Shown here piece by piece: positions 1 to 16,830 of a stretch of DNA of 64,000 nt (positions are counted from its first letter, which is position 1; every line of letters begins with the position of its first letter). The notes under the pieces are model-generated. The model was given only the letters and a program-made list of their open reading frames with translations, was not told where the DNA came from and did no database searches. The stretch is from the human T2T-CHM13v2.0 reference genome, Homo sapiens. The stretch is taken from the NCBI RefSeq assembly GCF_009914755.1, contig NC_060947.1. One strand, written 5' to 3'. Both the position numbers and the translations under genes were made by a program.

Positions 1-30
1 CACACACACACACACACACACGCACGCACA
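1..30. repeat. (CA)n microsatellite, truncated by window start
   Basis: cacacaca... directly visible. Confidence 0.95.
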
Positions 31-343
31 TTAATCTGCAATGTCAAATCTAGTTTTTCCTTAGGAGTATTTTTAAAATTTTATTATATCATATTGCAAG
101 TTGAAATTATCTAATATTATGTGTGAATTCTTCCATGAAATTTAGGTTTTTTTTTTTTTTGGTAACACTTGTAGATAGCTAATATATAGTTTGATGAATA
201 TAATGTTTTGTTCCAAACATATTGTATCATAATCTGCTTGAGCTGCCATAAGAAAATACTGTAGAATGGGTGGTATAAACAACAGAATTTTATTTCTCAT
301 AATTATGGAAGCTGGGAAGTCTAAGGTCAAATTACCAGCAAAT

Positions 344-647
<304 letters not shown>

Positions 648-671
648 CTAGCAAATAAGGCCTCATTCTGA

Positions 672-1056
<385 letters not shown>

Positions 1057-1600
1057 TGGTGTCTCTTCTTATAAGGCTCATCATGAGGGCCCTATCCTTA
1101 TGTCATCTAATCCTAATGACTTCCCAAGTGCTCTATCTGCAAATGCTATTACACTGGGGGTTAGGGCTTCAACATATGCATTTTGGGGGGACACAAACAT
1201 TCAGTCTGTAAAATATGGGAAATATATGCTAAATGCTGATGAAAAAGTTTCAAATATTTCAAATAATTGAGATAAGAAATTACTTGTTATATTTTTTTCT
1301 AACTTTATATCCTCCTATAAAGATGAACAAAAATGTATTCTCCACATCTCTGTAATTTGTCTATGCTGTGCCATTATTTTTTCCTCTACTCACACATTTT
1401 GGTCAGGCAGCCAGATTTGTATCTATCAAAAATAGGTGCTGTGGTAGCAAGAGATTTAAACTGGGAGTCAGTGATATAGAGTGGAGAGTGTTAAATTTGG
1501 CACTAATTTGCTGTGTAACCTTCACTTGCTCTTTCTTAGCCTTACCTTACTCACTAGAAAAAATAGTATGAACTGAATTATGATAATTTTAATGAATCAC

Positions 1601-3560
<1,960 letters not shown>

Positions 3561-3699
3561 TTTTAAAATCGTGTCGTGTTCTCTTTTTTAAGAGTCTTTT
3601 TTAGACTCAAGTGTTTTCAACTATCCATTGGTGTCTTTTGGGGAGAGTTCTCTTTTCTAAGAGTCTTTCAAATGTCTCAACCTATAAGATGTTAAAGGT

Positions 3700-3835
3700 A
3701 AGCAAAGTGATGGATATGTTAATTAGCTTGACTTAATCATTTCATATTGCATACATACATCAAAATATCACATTGTGCCCCATAAATGTATATAATTAGC
3801 ATTTATTAATTAAAAATATTAACAAAAATAATAAA
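3700..3835 (+). mobile_element. L1M (L1MA/MB) 3' end fragment
   Basis: 'gtgatggatatgttaattagcttgacttaatcatttc...cacattgtgccccataaatgtata' followed by A-rich tail. Confidence 0.75.
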
Positions 3836-4672
3836 GCTACATGGAAAAACAAAAAGGCTATACAACAATATAGCCTACAATGTTTAAATATTCAGTAGTG
3901 TTTAAAAAAGAGTTGAATTGCTATATCAGAAGACACAATAATACATTATAAAATATTATTATATTTTTCTCAAACCCATAATTTTAATTTATATAAATTA
4001 CTACTAATTGCCACTGTTAACTTTTTTGATTTTTAAGTATAAATTATAGGATTTATGTAACAGAAGTAAATACAGAATAATGTATAATTCCAAAAACCTA
4101 TTCATTTCTCAAAGTTTAAATAATAACACATATAGGTATAACTGTTTATTATAGTTTATGTTAGTATAGATTTTTGTCTGGTATGCTTGTGTCCCAGTTT
4201 TCTTCTCTGATAAGTTAGTCACTCACTCCATGTGCCACTCAGCTCTAATGTTCTGTCTGCATGATTGTAGATGGCATCCTTAGCAGTATAAATAAGATGA
4301 GTAGCAAAGTTCCTCGAGTTCATGAGAATTACTCAAGTGTTTTGGTAAGAAAACAGTCTAACCTACTTTTCACAGATGATTCTGAGATTGGCCAGAGTGA
4401 GTTCAAAAGAAAATATATGGCAACTTTATATTTCTAAGAATTCTCAATACTTTAACATGATTACTTTATGTCTGGTACACATGCTCTCAGTTTGTCAATG
4501 AAAATCCCAGTGATTTTAGTTCTTAAGGTAAGGGACTTTAGGGGTACATATGGAGTGGACTAGGGCAAGATGAACAAAGTGTCATAGCATTTGCTAGTGT
4601 AGTCATTCCTCAGACACATGATGTGGAGAAAGGTCCCTTGTGGCCAATTGCATAGTTAGGAAGTAAGTGAGC

Positions 4673-4962
<290 letters not shown>

Positions 4963-6232
4963 AGGAAGTAAGAGAGCTTTTCACACACCCACTTAGTGAA
5001 AATACTCTATTAAGAACAGTATTTTAGGTGACATTTTTTGGAAAGTGAGTATACTCAAAATTATATATACTTTAATCTAACTATTGTGTTGGCATAAGAT
5101 ATGAAATCAAATTAGTAGTGCCCTGGAGGTTAGTGTTGTAGCAGAGGACAATCGAAAAGAATTTAGCTGAAGGGAATTTTGGGAAAAAGAAATAGAATAC
5201 AAACAACTTTGGACATGATGAAAATTTAGTCACAACTGCAAGCTATTAGATAACAACTATGACAAATTATTGGATTTTTATGTATTTCTTTTTTTCTCTC
5301 ATTAATGAAAAACATGATTAACCTAATTACGTCTTCTCTATGTTATTGGCAATAATGAGAAGTGAAAACTTAAATATACATCACATGAAAATTAAAAACA
5401 ACTCAAAAATCCATACTCATAAATCCCACATATACCCTTTTTATGAGGTGCTACATGTAAGTCATAAAATTGTTTTTTAGTGATTAGCAACAATCATTTT
5501 CAATATACTTGAAAGATATTTAAAATCATGAGAGCACTACCAAACAAGAAACATGGTTTGAAAGTAGAATTTTAAAATTAGAAAATGAAAGAAGAAAGAG
5601 TTTTATGGTTTTACTGCTTACCTTTCATTTGCTTTTTTATTATAGAAAAAAGAAAAAAAGCCAGAAAAGACTTTCTAACAAAAAGAATGCAACTGATGCC
5701 CATAATCACATAAAACTCAGAGACTTCACCTATCGAGACCTCAAGATCTATTTTTCTAGATCCTTTTGTCTTGCTCTCACTCTCCTCACCCCCTTAACAG
5801 AGATTATGCCAAGAATGTTCATCTACAGTCCGTGTTTAACTTAATACAATATTTCACAAACATCTTTTATTTTTAAGCTTCATTATAAAATATATCATAT
5901 ACATAAAAGACTGATGTGTATACTTTGCCAATATATATGATGCTCTCTGATTATTCCTTCTTAGTGTTATTCCCTTCTCTCTCAGGTAACTACTATTCTG
6001 CATATTATGGTAATTACTCCCATGCCCTCTTTCATATTTTACCACCTATGTATGTATCTTTAAATGACATAATGTTTGATTTTTCCTGTATTTGACTTTT
6101 TATTATTGGAATCTTAAGTGTTTTTCTGCAGCTTGTGCTCATTATATTTTTGTCTCTGTGTTGATACAAGTAACCACATTTCATGTAGTTTTTGTAACGT
6201 ATGTAGTATTTAGTATTCCGTTGTAGGCATAA

Positions 6233-6695
<463 letters not shown>

Positions 6696-7539
6696 TACAT
6701 GGTACAAATTTTTTGGAAGTTAAGTAGGATATATACCTACGTGTGTAATTGTTATGTCTTGGGAAATAAGTGTGTTCAATTTATTTCCAAATTGGTGATA
6801 TTGATTTATATATCTATTTGTGGTTCTATTGGAATGCTCATCACTTAGTATCTTCACTAATGCATAGTATTGTCCGACTTTAGAGCTTTACCAATTTGAT
6901 GAGTGTCAAATTTTATATCATTGTGGTTTGAATTTCAATTTCCCACATTACTAATGAAATTGAGTATCTTTTCAAATAACTGTGGACCATTTGTGTTTCT
7001 GCTCCTGTGAGATGCCCACTTATGTATTGTGCCTCCTTTTTCTATTGTGTTATCAGTTTCAGGGGTTAGAGAATTTCTTTATATGCTCTGGGCACTAACC
7101 ATTGTTGGTTTATATGTTGCATAATAGGCTCCCATTTTGTGGCTTATCTTTTGATATTAACATTAGTTTTTGTTCATCACATGTGTATAGACTGGCTTCC
7201 AGGATCTCCATTTAGTTCCATTGTTCCTATCATCTGTCACTGAGCCCAAAACACATAATGTAACTATTGTAGCTCTATAAAAAAAATACTGGAATAACTT
7301 GTAGGGCATGTCTCCTAATTTTTTTGAGAATTGACTTAAGGTCTTGCAGATGGTCAGTTTATGTTAATATTTTCTATGCATTTAAAATGTGCATTATCCA
7401 GTTGTTCAGTGCCATCATGTTATATTTAGATGTCCATTTGATTAAGCGTGTTATCTATGCTATTCAAATCTTCCAGATATTCACTAATATTTTTCTGCTC
7501 AACCTATCAACTATTTAGAGAGGTACGTTAAAATTTTCA

Positions 7540-7982
<443 letters not shown>

Positions 7983-8254
7983 TTAATCTCGATAATGAAT
8001 TAATACTTCTATAAATATATATTGGCCCTCTTTATCTATAGAAATAAATGTTGCCTAAAATTTATTTTGTCCGATACTAATGTAACTGTGCCAAATATCT
8101 TGTTTCACATTTATTTTGTATATCATTTGTATCATTTTACTAATATAGTTCTTGTGGCCTTATGTTTAAATATGACTTTTGTAAACAATGCACAAATATA
8201 TTTTAAAAATATGATCTGAGAGTGAACAGCATAGTTGGTTTGTGATTTGTAGTA

Positions 8255-9620
8255 TATGTATATACGTGCATATATACATGCGCACATACCTGCATATATA
8301 CGTGCACATATACGTGCATATATACGTGCGCACATACCTGCATATATACGTGCGTATATACGTGCATATATAGGTGCATATACGTGCATATACAGGTGCA
8401 TATACAGGCGCATATACAGGTGCATGCACAGGGCATATACACGTGCATATGCGCGTGCATATACACTTGCATATATGTGTGGGCATATAGGTGCGTATAT
8501 ACGTGCATACAGAGGTGCATATACGTGCATATACAGGTGCGTATACAGGTGCGTATACAGGTGCATAGATGCGTGCATATACAGGTGCATTTATGCGTGT
8601 ATATATAGGTGCGTATATAGGCGCATATATGCGTGCATATATAGGCGCATAGATGCGTGCATATATACGTGCATATATAGGTGCATATATAGGTGGATAT
8701 ATATGTGCATATAAAGGCGCATATATAGGCGCATATATAGGTGCATATATGCGTGCATATATAGGCGCATATATAGGTTGATATATACGTGCATATAAAG
8801 GTGCATATATGCGTGCATATATAGGGCATATATGCGTGCATATATAGGTGCATATATGCGCGCATATATACGTGCATACATAGTTGCATATATAGGCGCA
8901 GATATGCGTGCCTATATACGTGCATATATAGGTGGATATATACGTGCATATATACCTGCATATATAGGCGCATATATACGTGCATATATAGGTGCGCATA
9001 TAGGCTCATATATGCGTGCATATATAGGTGCATATATGCGTGCATATATAGCTGCATATATAGGTGGATATATGCGTGCATATATAGCTGCATATATAGG
9101 TGGATATATGCGTGCATATATACTTGCATATAAAGGTGCATATATGCGTGCATATATGGGTGCATATGTAGGTGGATATATGCGTCCATATATACGTGAA
9201 TATAAAGGCGCATATATGCGTGCATATATAGGTGCATATTTAGGCGCATATATGCGTGCATATATAGGTGCATACATAGGCGCATATATAGGTGCATATA
9301 TGTGTGCATATATAGGTGCATATATAGGTGCATATATGCGTGCATATATAGGTGTATGTATGCGTGCATTTATAGGTGCATATATAGGTGCATGTATGCG
9401 TACATTTATAGGTGCATGTATAGGTACGTGTATGCGTGCATGTATAGGTGCATGTATGCGTGCATATATAGGTGCATGTATAGGTGCATATATACGTGTA
9501 TATATAGGTACATGTATACGTGCATGTATAGGTGCATGTATACGTGCATGTATAGGTGCATATATAGGTGCATGTATACGTGCTTGTATATGTGCATATT
9601 TATGTGCATATACACGTATA
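8255..9620. repeat. Complex minisatellite of mostly 12-bp units (atatataggtgc / atatatgcgtgc and variants)
   Basis: directly visible; 12-bp period shows as 4-aa repeats (GAYI, RAYI, YARI, MHLY) in the ORF track. Confidence 0.97.
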
Positions 9621-9735
9621 TTTATTTCATTTTCTTTTTAAGTGACACATAATAAGTATACATATTTACTGGGTACACTATGATGTTTGATACATGTGTA
9701 TATTGCATAATGGTTAAATTAGGATAATTGGCATT
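9621..9735 (-). mobile_element. L1MA 3' end fragment
   Basis: 'tgacacataataagtatacatatttactgggtacactatgatgtttgatacatg...tggttaaattaggataattggcat' matches antisense L1MA terminus. Confidence 0.75.
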
Positions 9736-10339
9736 TGATTTACTTCTATCATCTTATTTAGTATTTTCTGTTTGTCCCACTTTTATAGTTTTTTCTTCTT
9801 GCTTACTTGATTACTTTTGGTTTGATCCTGTTTATTTCCCTTGGTTTCATTTTTTGCTGTACTGTTCTGGAAGTTGTACATTCTGTTTTATTTATTTAGT
9901 GGTTAATTGAGGAAATTTAATATGTATTTAAACCTCAAAAATTCTAAAATTAATAATATCTTTCTTTTTCCTTAAATTATATGAAAATATTAGAATGCTT
10001 GAACTCCAATCACAACATCCCAAATTATATACTTGTATTATTCAGTATTTTCAGTTCTGTTTTGATTTTCTGTGAAGATATAGTCTTCCCTGTTAACAGA
10101 AAATAAATCCAAATATATTTTAATAAATACTTTTTCTCTTATGTCATTTTAATCACGTAGTGTTCCATTAATTATTTTGACAAGTCAGCATTTGTCCAAC
10201 TCACTTTTGTTGGACATTCAGATGGTTTCCAAACTTCACTATTACCAACAATAGTCTTGGTTGGCTGAAAATTACTTAAAAGTAAACCTAATAGCTCATA
10301 ATAATAGTTAAATTCTGACATCAGTTTAACATCATCTAT

Positions 10340-10450
10340 ATGGAGCAGTACAAAAAGAACTCAGGAAACTGAAACTCTAAAAATAAATAACTTGGTTAAG
10401 TTTAAAGAGCTATTAAGTGGTGAAAGTGTGCTTTGGACCCAGACAGTTTA
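10340..10450 (-). mobile_element. MIR fragment
   Basis: 'aggaaactgaaactc...aacttggttaag...gctattaagtgg...ggacccagacagt' MIR core-like. Confidence 0.55.
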
Positions 10451-10489
10451 CATTTTGAGACATACAGCAAAAATGTGGAAATTGAACAA

Positions 10490-10604
10490 ACACACATACA
10501 CACACACACACACACATTCACACACACACACACACAATTTCCAAGTTCTATTTAAGGAATAAAAACTGATGTAAAGCTATTTTAAGACACACACACACAC
10601 ACAC
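10490..10604. repeat. Two (CA)n microsatellites (10490-10535, 10587-10604)
   Basis: directly visible. Confidence 0.93.
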
Positions 10605-11344
10605 ATATCAATTAGTGACAAAATGTGTGAAGTAGAAACATTCATTTTTGACTGATTTTCTTGAGTCTTGACTATCCAGGTGTTTTTCTTTTTGCAAAAC
10701 TTTTATCTCTGCAGGTTATTTTGGACAATTGGACAATTTGCTTTCAAATATCTTTTCTTACCAAGGCAACATCATTGAGCGACTACAATTCACATTGCCT
10801 AATACTTAAGATTTCTAGTCTACAGACATGTCTGCTGTAACCTTCAGGCCTCTCCAACAAAAGTATTTTCTCAATCACAAAACAGTTATTCATTATAAAT
10901 ATGTGCACTTTACAAAAAAGAAATCTTTACTTTTTAGTTTCAATTGAAATAGAATTAAATGAACTTGAAGATCTGTTATTCCACTCTTCAGAAACATTCC
11001 TCTAGCATGACAATAAGAATACCCATAATATAATTTAATTGTAGATATGAAGCTAGAAATAAAAGTGCTTATTAAATATTGACTACTTTAAACTGAAGAT
11101 GGAAAATTGATTGACTTAGAGAAAAAATATAGATTTTGAAATTTAAATTTACTAAAATTGGCACCATCTTATTGATTTTTCTATTGGCTACCATTTAAGT
11201 ATGATTTCAGGCTTTCATTAACAACAATTTAAACATATTTGAAAATAAGATATGCATTTTGTAAAATTAAAATATCTCCCACTCAACCTAAGGTGGAAGA
11301 TACTTAGAGCCACAACACCAAAATATAAGGAGCATGAAAAAAGG

Positions 11345-11436
11345 ATTTTTGCCTGTTTATTCACTACTACAATTGTAGTTTCTTGGACAGTACACGGCCC
11401 AGAGTATGCACTCAGTAAACATTTCTTGAATGAATA
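11345..11436 (+). mobile_element. L2 3' end
   Basis: 'tgtttattcact...acagtacacggcccagagtatgcactcagtaaacatttcttgaatgaat'. Confidence 0.65.
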
Positions 11437-12576
11437 CACAAGTGAATAATTATGGCTCAACATTCACTATTTGGTGCATATTAATTGTGTGTTATCAGTG
11501 AAAAAAGGACCCACAGTGCCAGCTCTACAGTAGCAGTTTTCAACAGGTGGGCTAGCTGCTCCAAGAATATATCTGGGGCAGGAGTTGTAGTTTGAGAAAC
11601 TTCCCTTGATGATTCAGAATTACAACCATGCTTTACAAGTTTTCCCAGTGTCATAAGGGCAAGCGAGTTATCATGTTTCTCTCAGAGTAGATTTAATTTT
11701 TTTTCTATTTAACAGTGACTCTCAAAGTCTTGAGTCCGGCCTAGCATGTCTGATAGCATTTTCTCATTATGAATCATCTTTTGTCCTTTATTCGATAAAA
11801 TAGGTCTGTCTTGTGCAGTAGCAGATGTGGCAAGGAATTGGTAGGCAGTTGTATAGGGTCAGCTGGGATGAAAGGAGATAGCAGACAGAACGTTAACACA
11901 TGGTGGATACAATTACCAATATCGGAAGAGCCATTTTAAGTATTCCATTTGTGTGTTCACTGATTTGCAGATGTTCTCGGAAACATCCTGTCATTTCATT
12001 TTTAGAGTCTGAATCAAGTACCATTCTAATCATTTTAAAAGCTTTTCATTATAAAAAGTTTGAAAAGAAGCTGTGTGTTATTAACAGCTATTGAATATAT
12101 ACATTTTGAAAAAATATATTTTTGAATGGGTTTCCTTGCCCTTCTCATAGAAAATTTGGCAACATTGTGCATTGTTTCTCAAAGGGAAATGTAGATTTAA
12201 ATCAATATAAGTGTGCCCCAATTTATGAAGTCCCAGTTTATGCAAATGTGAATTTAAAAACTCAGTTGGTTTGTTAAATTTTCTGTCTAGAGACAATCTC
12301 TCTGTTCAGGAAAACACAGCAAGATCTAATAGAGATCATAGAACAAAGTTTTGCCTTTCTGTCTTGGTTTTACCTTGTAAGATCAGACTATGTCACTCTC
12401 GGACTCAATTTTCTTATTTGTAATATAAGACACAAAAAATTCTCTAACAAGCATCAATGAAGTAGTTAAAGCCTGAACAAATTTTATTATAAATAATTGT
12501 TCCCAATGGCAGGCTTGCTACTACTACACCTTCTGAAGAGGTATTTAACATTTTAGATACTGTGACCCCACCTTTA

Positions 12577-13071
<495 letters not shown>

Positions 13072-13254
13072 TTATCGCATGCCTTTTCATGTAGCTGATT
13101 TGATTATTCTTTTAGATTCCTTTATATATAATACTGCAAATAGACTTATTGTTTAATAATTCTTTTTCCTTTTTTCTTCTTATTTCATATGTTCTAGTTT
13201 GGTTCACTTTTCAGACGTGGAATAACTGGATCAAAGGTTATGAGTGTTGCCAGG

Positions 13255-13454
13255 CAGGTCGATACTAAGTACATGGGTACTAAGTACAAGGGAGGCATTT
13301 ACCTTGGACAAAAGATTTTAATAATGTTTAAATGCAATATTTTAAAACAAAATTATAGCAAAAACCCATGTTGAACAAAATCACATTTCCAATAAAGAGA
13401 GGCTCCAATTTCTTCATTTTGCCTCAGGTTCCAATATGGCTGTGCACAGCACTG
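13255..13454 (-). mobile_element. ORSL-like hAT-Tip100 non-autonomous element
   Basis: 'ttttgcctcaggttccaatatggctgtgcacagcactg' matches the reverse complement of the ORSL 5' end as I recall it; degenerate 8-bp TSD ttgccagg/ctgccagc. Confidence 0.7.
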
Positions 13455-14189
13455 CTGCCAGCATCATTTGAATATCATCATTTCTGAAGACATTTACAAA
13501 TTTGAAAGGTGGAAAATAGTCTCTTTATATCATTATTTGTCTCATATGTATTTATTTATACACATCTTTATACCACAATGCCACAATAAAGCATGGTGTC
13601 TTCCAAATCACATGTAATATGGCAAAATGATGTAAATTACAAGCAGGTGAGAAAAGACAGGCGATACTATTTTGTCTGTGTAATTCTTTGTGGATTTGTT
13701 TTATATTGTTCAAATCTAGATATTTGGTCCATACCAGTTCATGATTATCATGTTCTTGGAGGATTGTTTTTTTGCTAGTGTGGAATCTGTCTGTGTTCAC
13801 ATTAATGCTTTTCCACTTTCAATTCTATTTTGCTGAATACTAATATTTCTTTGATTTATTTGTTAATAATTTACTTGATATTTTATTTTAAACATATTAT
13901 TTTGTTTACATATGACTGTAGTAGATAGCATATAGCAGGAATTATTATGGTTCTGATTTGAATACTTGCCTTTTAATAGGCATGCTTAATTTATTTCCTT
14001 TTCCTGACATCACTGGTCTGTTTTCATGTGTGTTTGTATACACCATCTTCAGCATCACATCTGTTTTCCTCTCCCATTTCATTTTGGATTGTGAAGCTTA
14101 TTCCATGTACTTCTCTATTAGATGAAACTTTCATTTTCTAGTCTTTCTCTAATTTTCCTTACATTTTTACCATTTAAACAAAACTCTGA

Positions 14190-14427
14190 AATTACTGGGA
14201 CAGCTGGATATCTACCTGTAAAATAATGAAGTGTGATCTCTATCTTAAACCGTATGTAAAACTTAACTCAAAATGCATCGTAGACCTAAATGTAAGAGCT
14301 GAAAATGTTCTAAAAGTAGAAAGTTGTAATGGTTGCATAATTCTGTGAATACACTTAAAAACACTGAATTGTAAAGTTGAAAAGGGTGTGTTTTATGATA
14401 TTTTATCTCAAAGCTGTTATTAAAAAT
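14190..14427 (+). mobile_element. L1MB/MC fragment (ORF2 piece joined to 3' end by internal deletion)
   Basis: 'aacttaactcaaaatgcatcgtagacctaaatgtaagagctgaaa' then 'atgttctaaaa...gaatacacttaaaaacactgaattgta...tatctcaaagctgtt'. Confidence 0.7.
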
Positions 14428-15376
14428 CTAAAATTAGTATGTCTATCTTTCTAAGGCAGCTTGCTGTAATATCTTGATTTTCTTAATTTAGATTTTCCTA
14501 TTGCAATGCTATCTCTTTCATGAATCTGGATGTCCATTTGTGCTTTTTGATGGAGGGCTGTCCTGACTGGGAGGTGGCTGTTTTATTTTGTTTCAAATCG
14601 TACATCTTCTTCCACATTTGGCAATTTCATGGTTGCTTCTGCTACACGTTTTCGATTTGGGGATTCAAAAGAGAGTCACGTGAGCAGCTTGGAACTCTTT
14701 ATTTGTACAACATAATCCTAGTCACTATGTTTGTGTGCAGTTCAGGCTGGGTCCTAATTTCGTAGCAGCGTCTCAGCTTCCTTCCTGTTCCACAGGCAGC
14801 TTTGGATGGACAGTTACGTCTTCTCCTAAATAGTCAGAGAGCGCAATTCTAGGCCCTGGCTTCATGAAGGAAGCCTGGTTTTGCTATCCAGCCACTTAAG
14901 GGATGAGGTCACTCTCTGTTACTGCAGGACATTAAAACTAGACCCCTGCTGCTTGTTTCTGATTGTGATGTCTTTCACCTTTAGTTAGGGTTCTGCACTG
15001 TGAGTTTCCCCTTTCCCTGGCCCACAGATAGTCTACCATTACTATGTCAGTGCAGTTAGGCATTTTTAAATTTTTTTAAGAAACGCACACATGCTCCCAC
15101 ATTTTCAGTGAAGGAGGAAGTTTTAGTATATGCTCAGTCATCCACCTTATGTGGGAAACTAATCAAGGTTAGAAGTATGGAGCTAGAATTGAGCTAATAT
15201 AAAATACTAAGAAATAGTGGGCATGAGCTAAGATTACTACTTAAGTGTGATTACTACTAGTGAAGTTGAACATTTCCCTATATTGTTGCTAATGTTTCAT
15301 CTTTTATTTTAGTAAATTAGGTTTTAATATTCTCTTCCCCATTTGTCTTTTTGAAACTTGCTCTTTTCCTCATCGG

Positions 15377-15723
15377 TTTTTTGTTTTTTGTTTTTTGTTT
15401 TTTTTTTTTGAGGCAGAGTCTCGCTCTGTCGCCCAGGCTGGAGTGCAGTGGCGCTTGCTCTGTCGCCCAGGCTGGAGTGCAGTGGCGCGATCTCTGCTCA
15501 CCGCAAGCTCCGCCTCCTGGGTTCACACCATTCTTCTGCCTCAGCCTCCCGAGTAGCTGAGACTACAGGCGCCCGCCACCACGCCCGGCTAATGTTTGTA
15601 TTTTTAGTAGAGACGGGGTTTCGTCGTGTTAGTCAGGATGCTCTCGATCTCCTGACCTCGTGATCCACTCGCCTCCGCCTCCCAAAGTGCTGGGATTACA
15701 GGTGTGAACCACCACGCCCGGCC
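15377..15723 (-). mobile_element. AluY-like SINE with 34-bp internal tandem duplication
   Basis: diagnostics 'caagctccgcctcc', 'ttcacaccattct', 'tcgatctcctgacctcgtgatcc'; TSD cctcatcggtt. Confidence 0.97.
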
Positions 15724-15873
15724 CCTCATCGGTTCTTATGACCTACAAATGTGGTTCACTTTATTTATATTTTGACACTTAATTTTAGTTTTTTAATAAC
15801 GTTCAAGGTAGTTTAGTTATTAGTCAATGAAATCTGTTAGCCTTCTTGTAATTTCCCCTTTTAATAGTGATTC

Positions 15874-15875
<2 letters not shown>

Positions 15876-15908
<33 letters not shown>
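15876..15908. repeat. (CA)n microsatellite
   Basis: directly visible. Confidence 0.95.
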
Positions 15909-15911
<3 letters not shown>

Positions 15912-16629
15912 AAGAGATTAGCAAATGATCTTAGTGTATTTGTGATAGGTCAGGAAGCAAAGAAATGTTCAAGAGAGAGCCAAGCTCTGAGTATTTATGG
16001 CATTTAACAAGTTTTTCTTTGCTAGAATGAATACTTTATTAAATCAAGTAATCCTCATTATGCAAATATGCTTGTGATCAAATATGGTATTTATGATGGC
16101 CACAGTGGAAAAGAATACATTTCTTGAGGTCTCTTGAAGTCGCTATAGATTCTCGATTTTGAATTTGACTGTCAATCATCAGAGTTTTTCTCTTATCATA
16201 TTTCTATTTGCATACCGGAGAAAAACCACTATGGATGTACAAAGAATGAAATTTCACTTGGCATGTTGCAAAAGTTGGTGTTAACACAGATCGTAACTGA
16301 GAAACAAAGAAATGGGGCTTGAGACACAACCAAGATAAGTTCTATTAATATTTAAATTGAGTTTCTCATTGGAGACATGTCTATGTTCATTAACTCTTAA
16401 AGAACAGACTTTTTTTTTTACTTCATTGCTGAGCATTTCTTCAGTGAGAGTATATAATTTTCTTTCACCTTTTTTATTTTTCTTGCTTTATTCCTCAAAA
16501 CAGACAAAAGCTCCTTATTGTATAGACTAGAAGGCAAATTATTTATCATTGATTTCAGAGTCAGTTACAATTTGGCTCCAAACCATTTTTCTCATATTAT
16601 CCCTCTAAATGATAATAATAGTGCTAATA

Positions 16630-16830
16630 TTAATAGTACATTTTGCTGATGATTTCTGACAAGGCGCCGTTAACTGTTTTAAGCCCATTATATACATTAT
16701 CTCATTTAATCTTCACAACAAACTTCTTACTAGCTTTCATTTTTGAGATGTGCAATTTGAGGCTCAAAAAGGATAGGTAACTTGCCCAAAGCAAAATAGC
16801 CACTTTGAGTACAGAGATGGTGCATTAACT
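16630..16830 (-). mobile_element. MIR
   Basis: 'cattatctcatttaatcttcacaacaa...gagatgtgcaatttgaggctcaaaaagg...taacttgcccaaag'. Confidence 0.75.

Noticed and set aside
8132-9652. Long ORFs up to 388 aa on both strands (MHLY/YARI/GAYI repeats)
   Set aside because: Artefact of the 12-bp tandem array; no promoter, splice context or domain signal.
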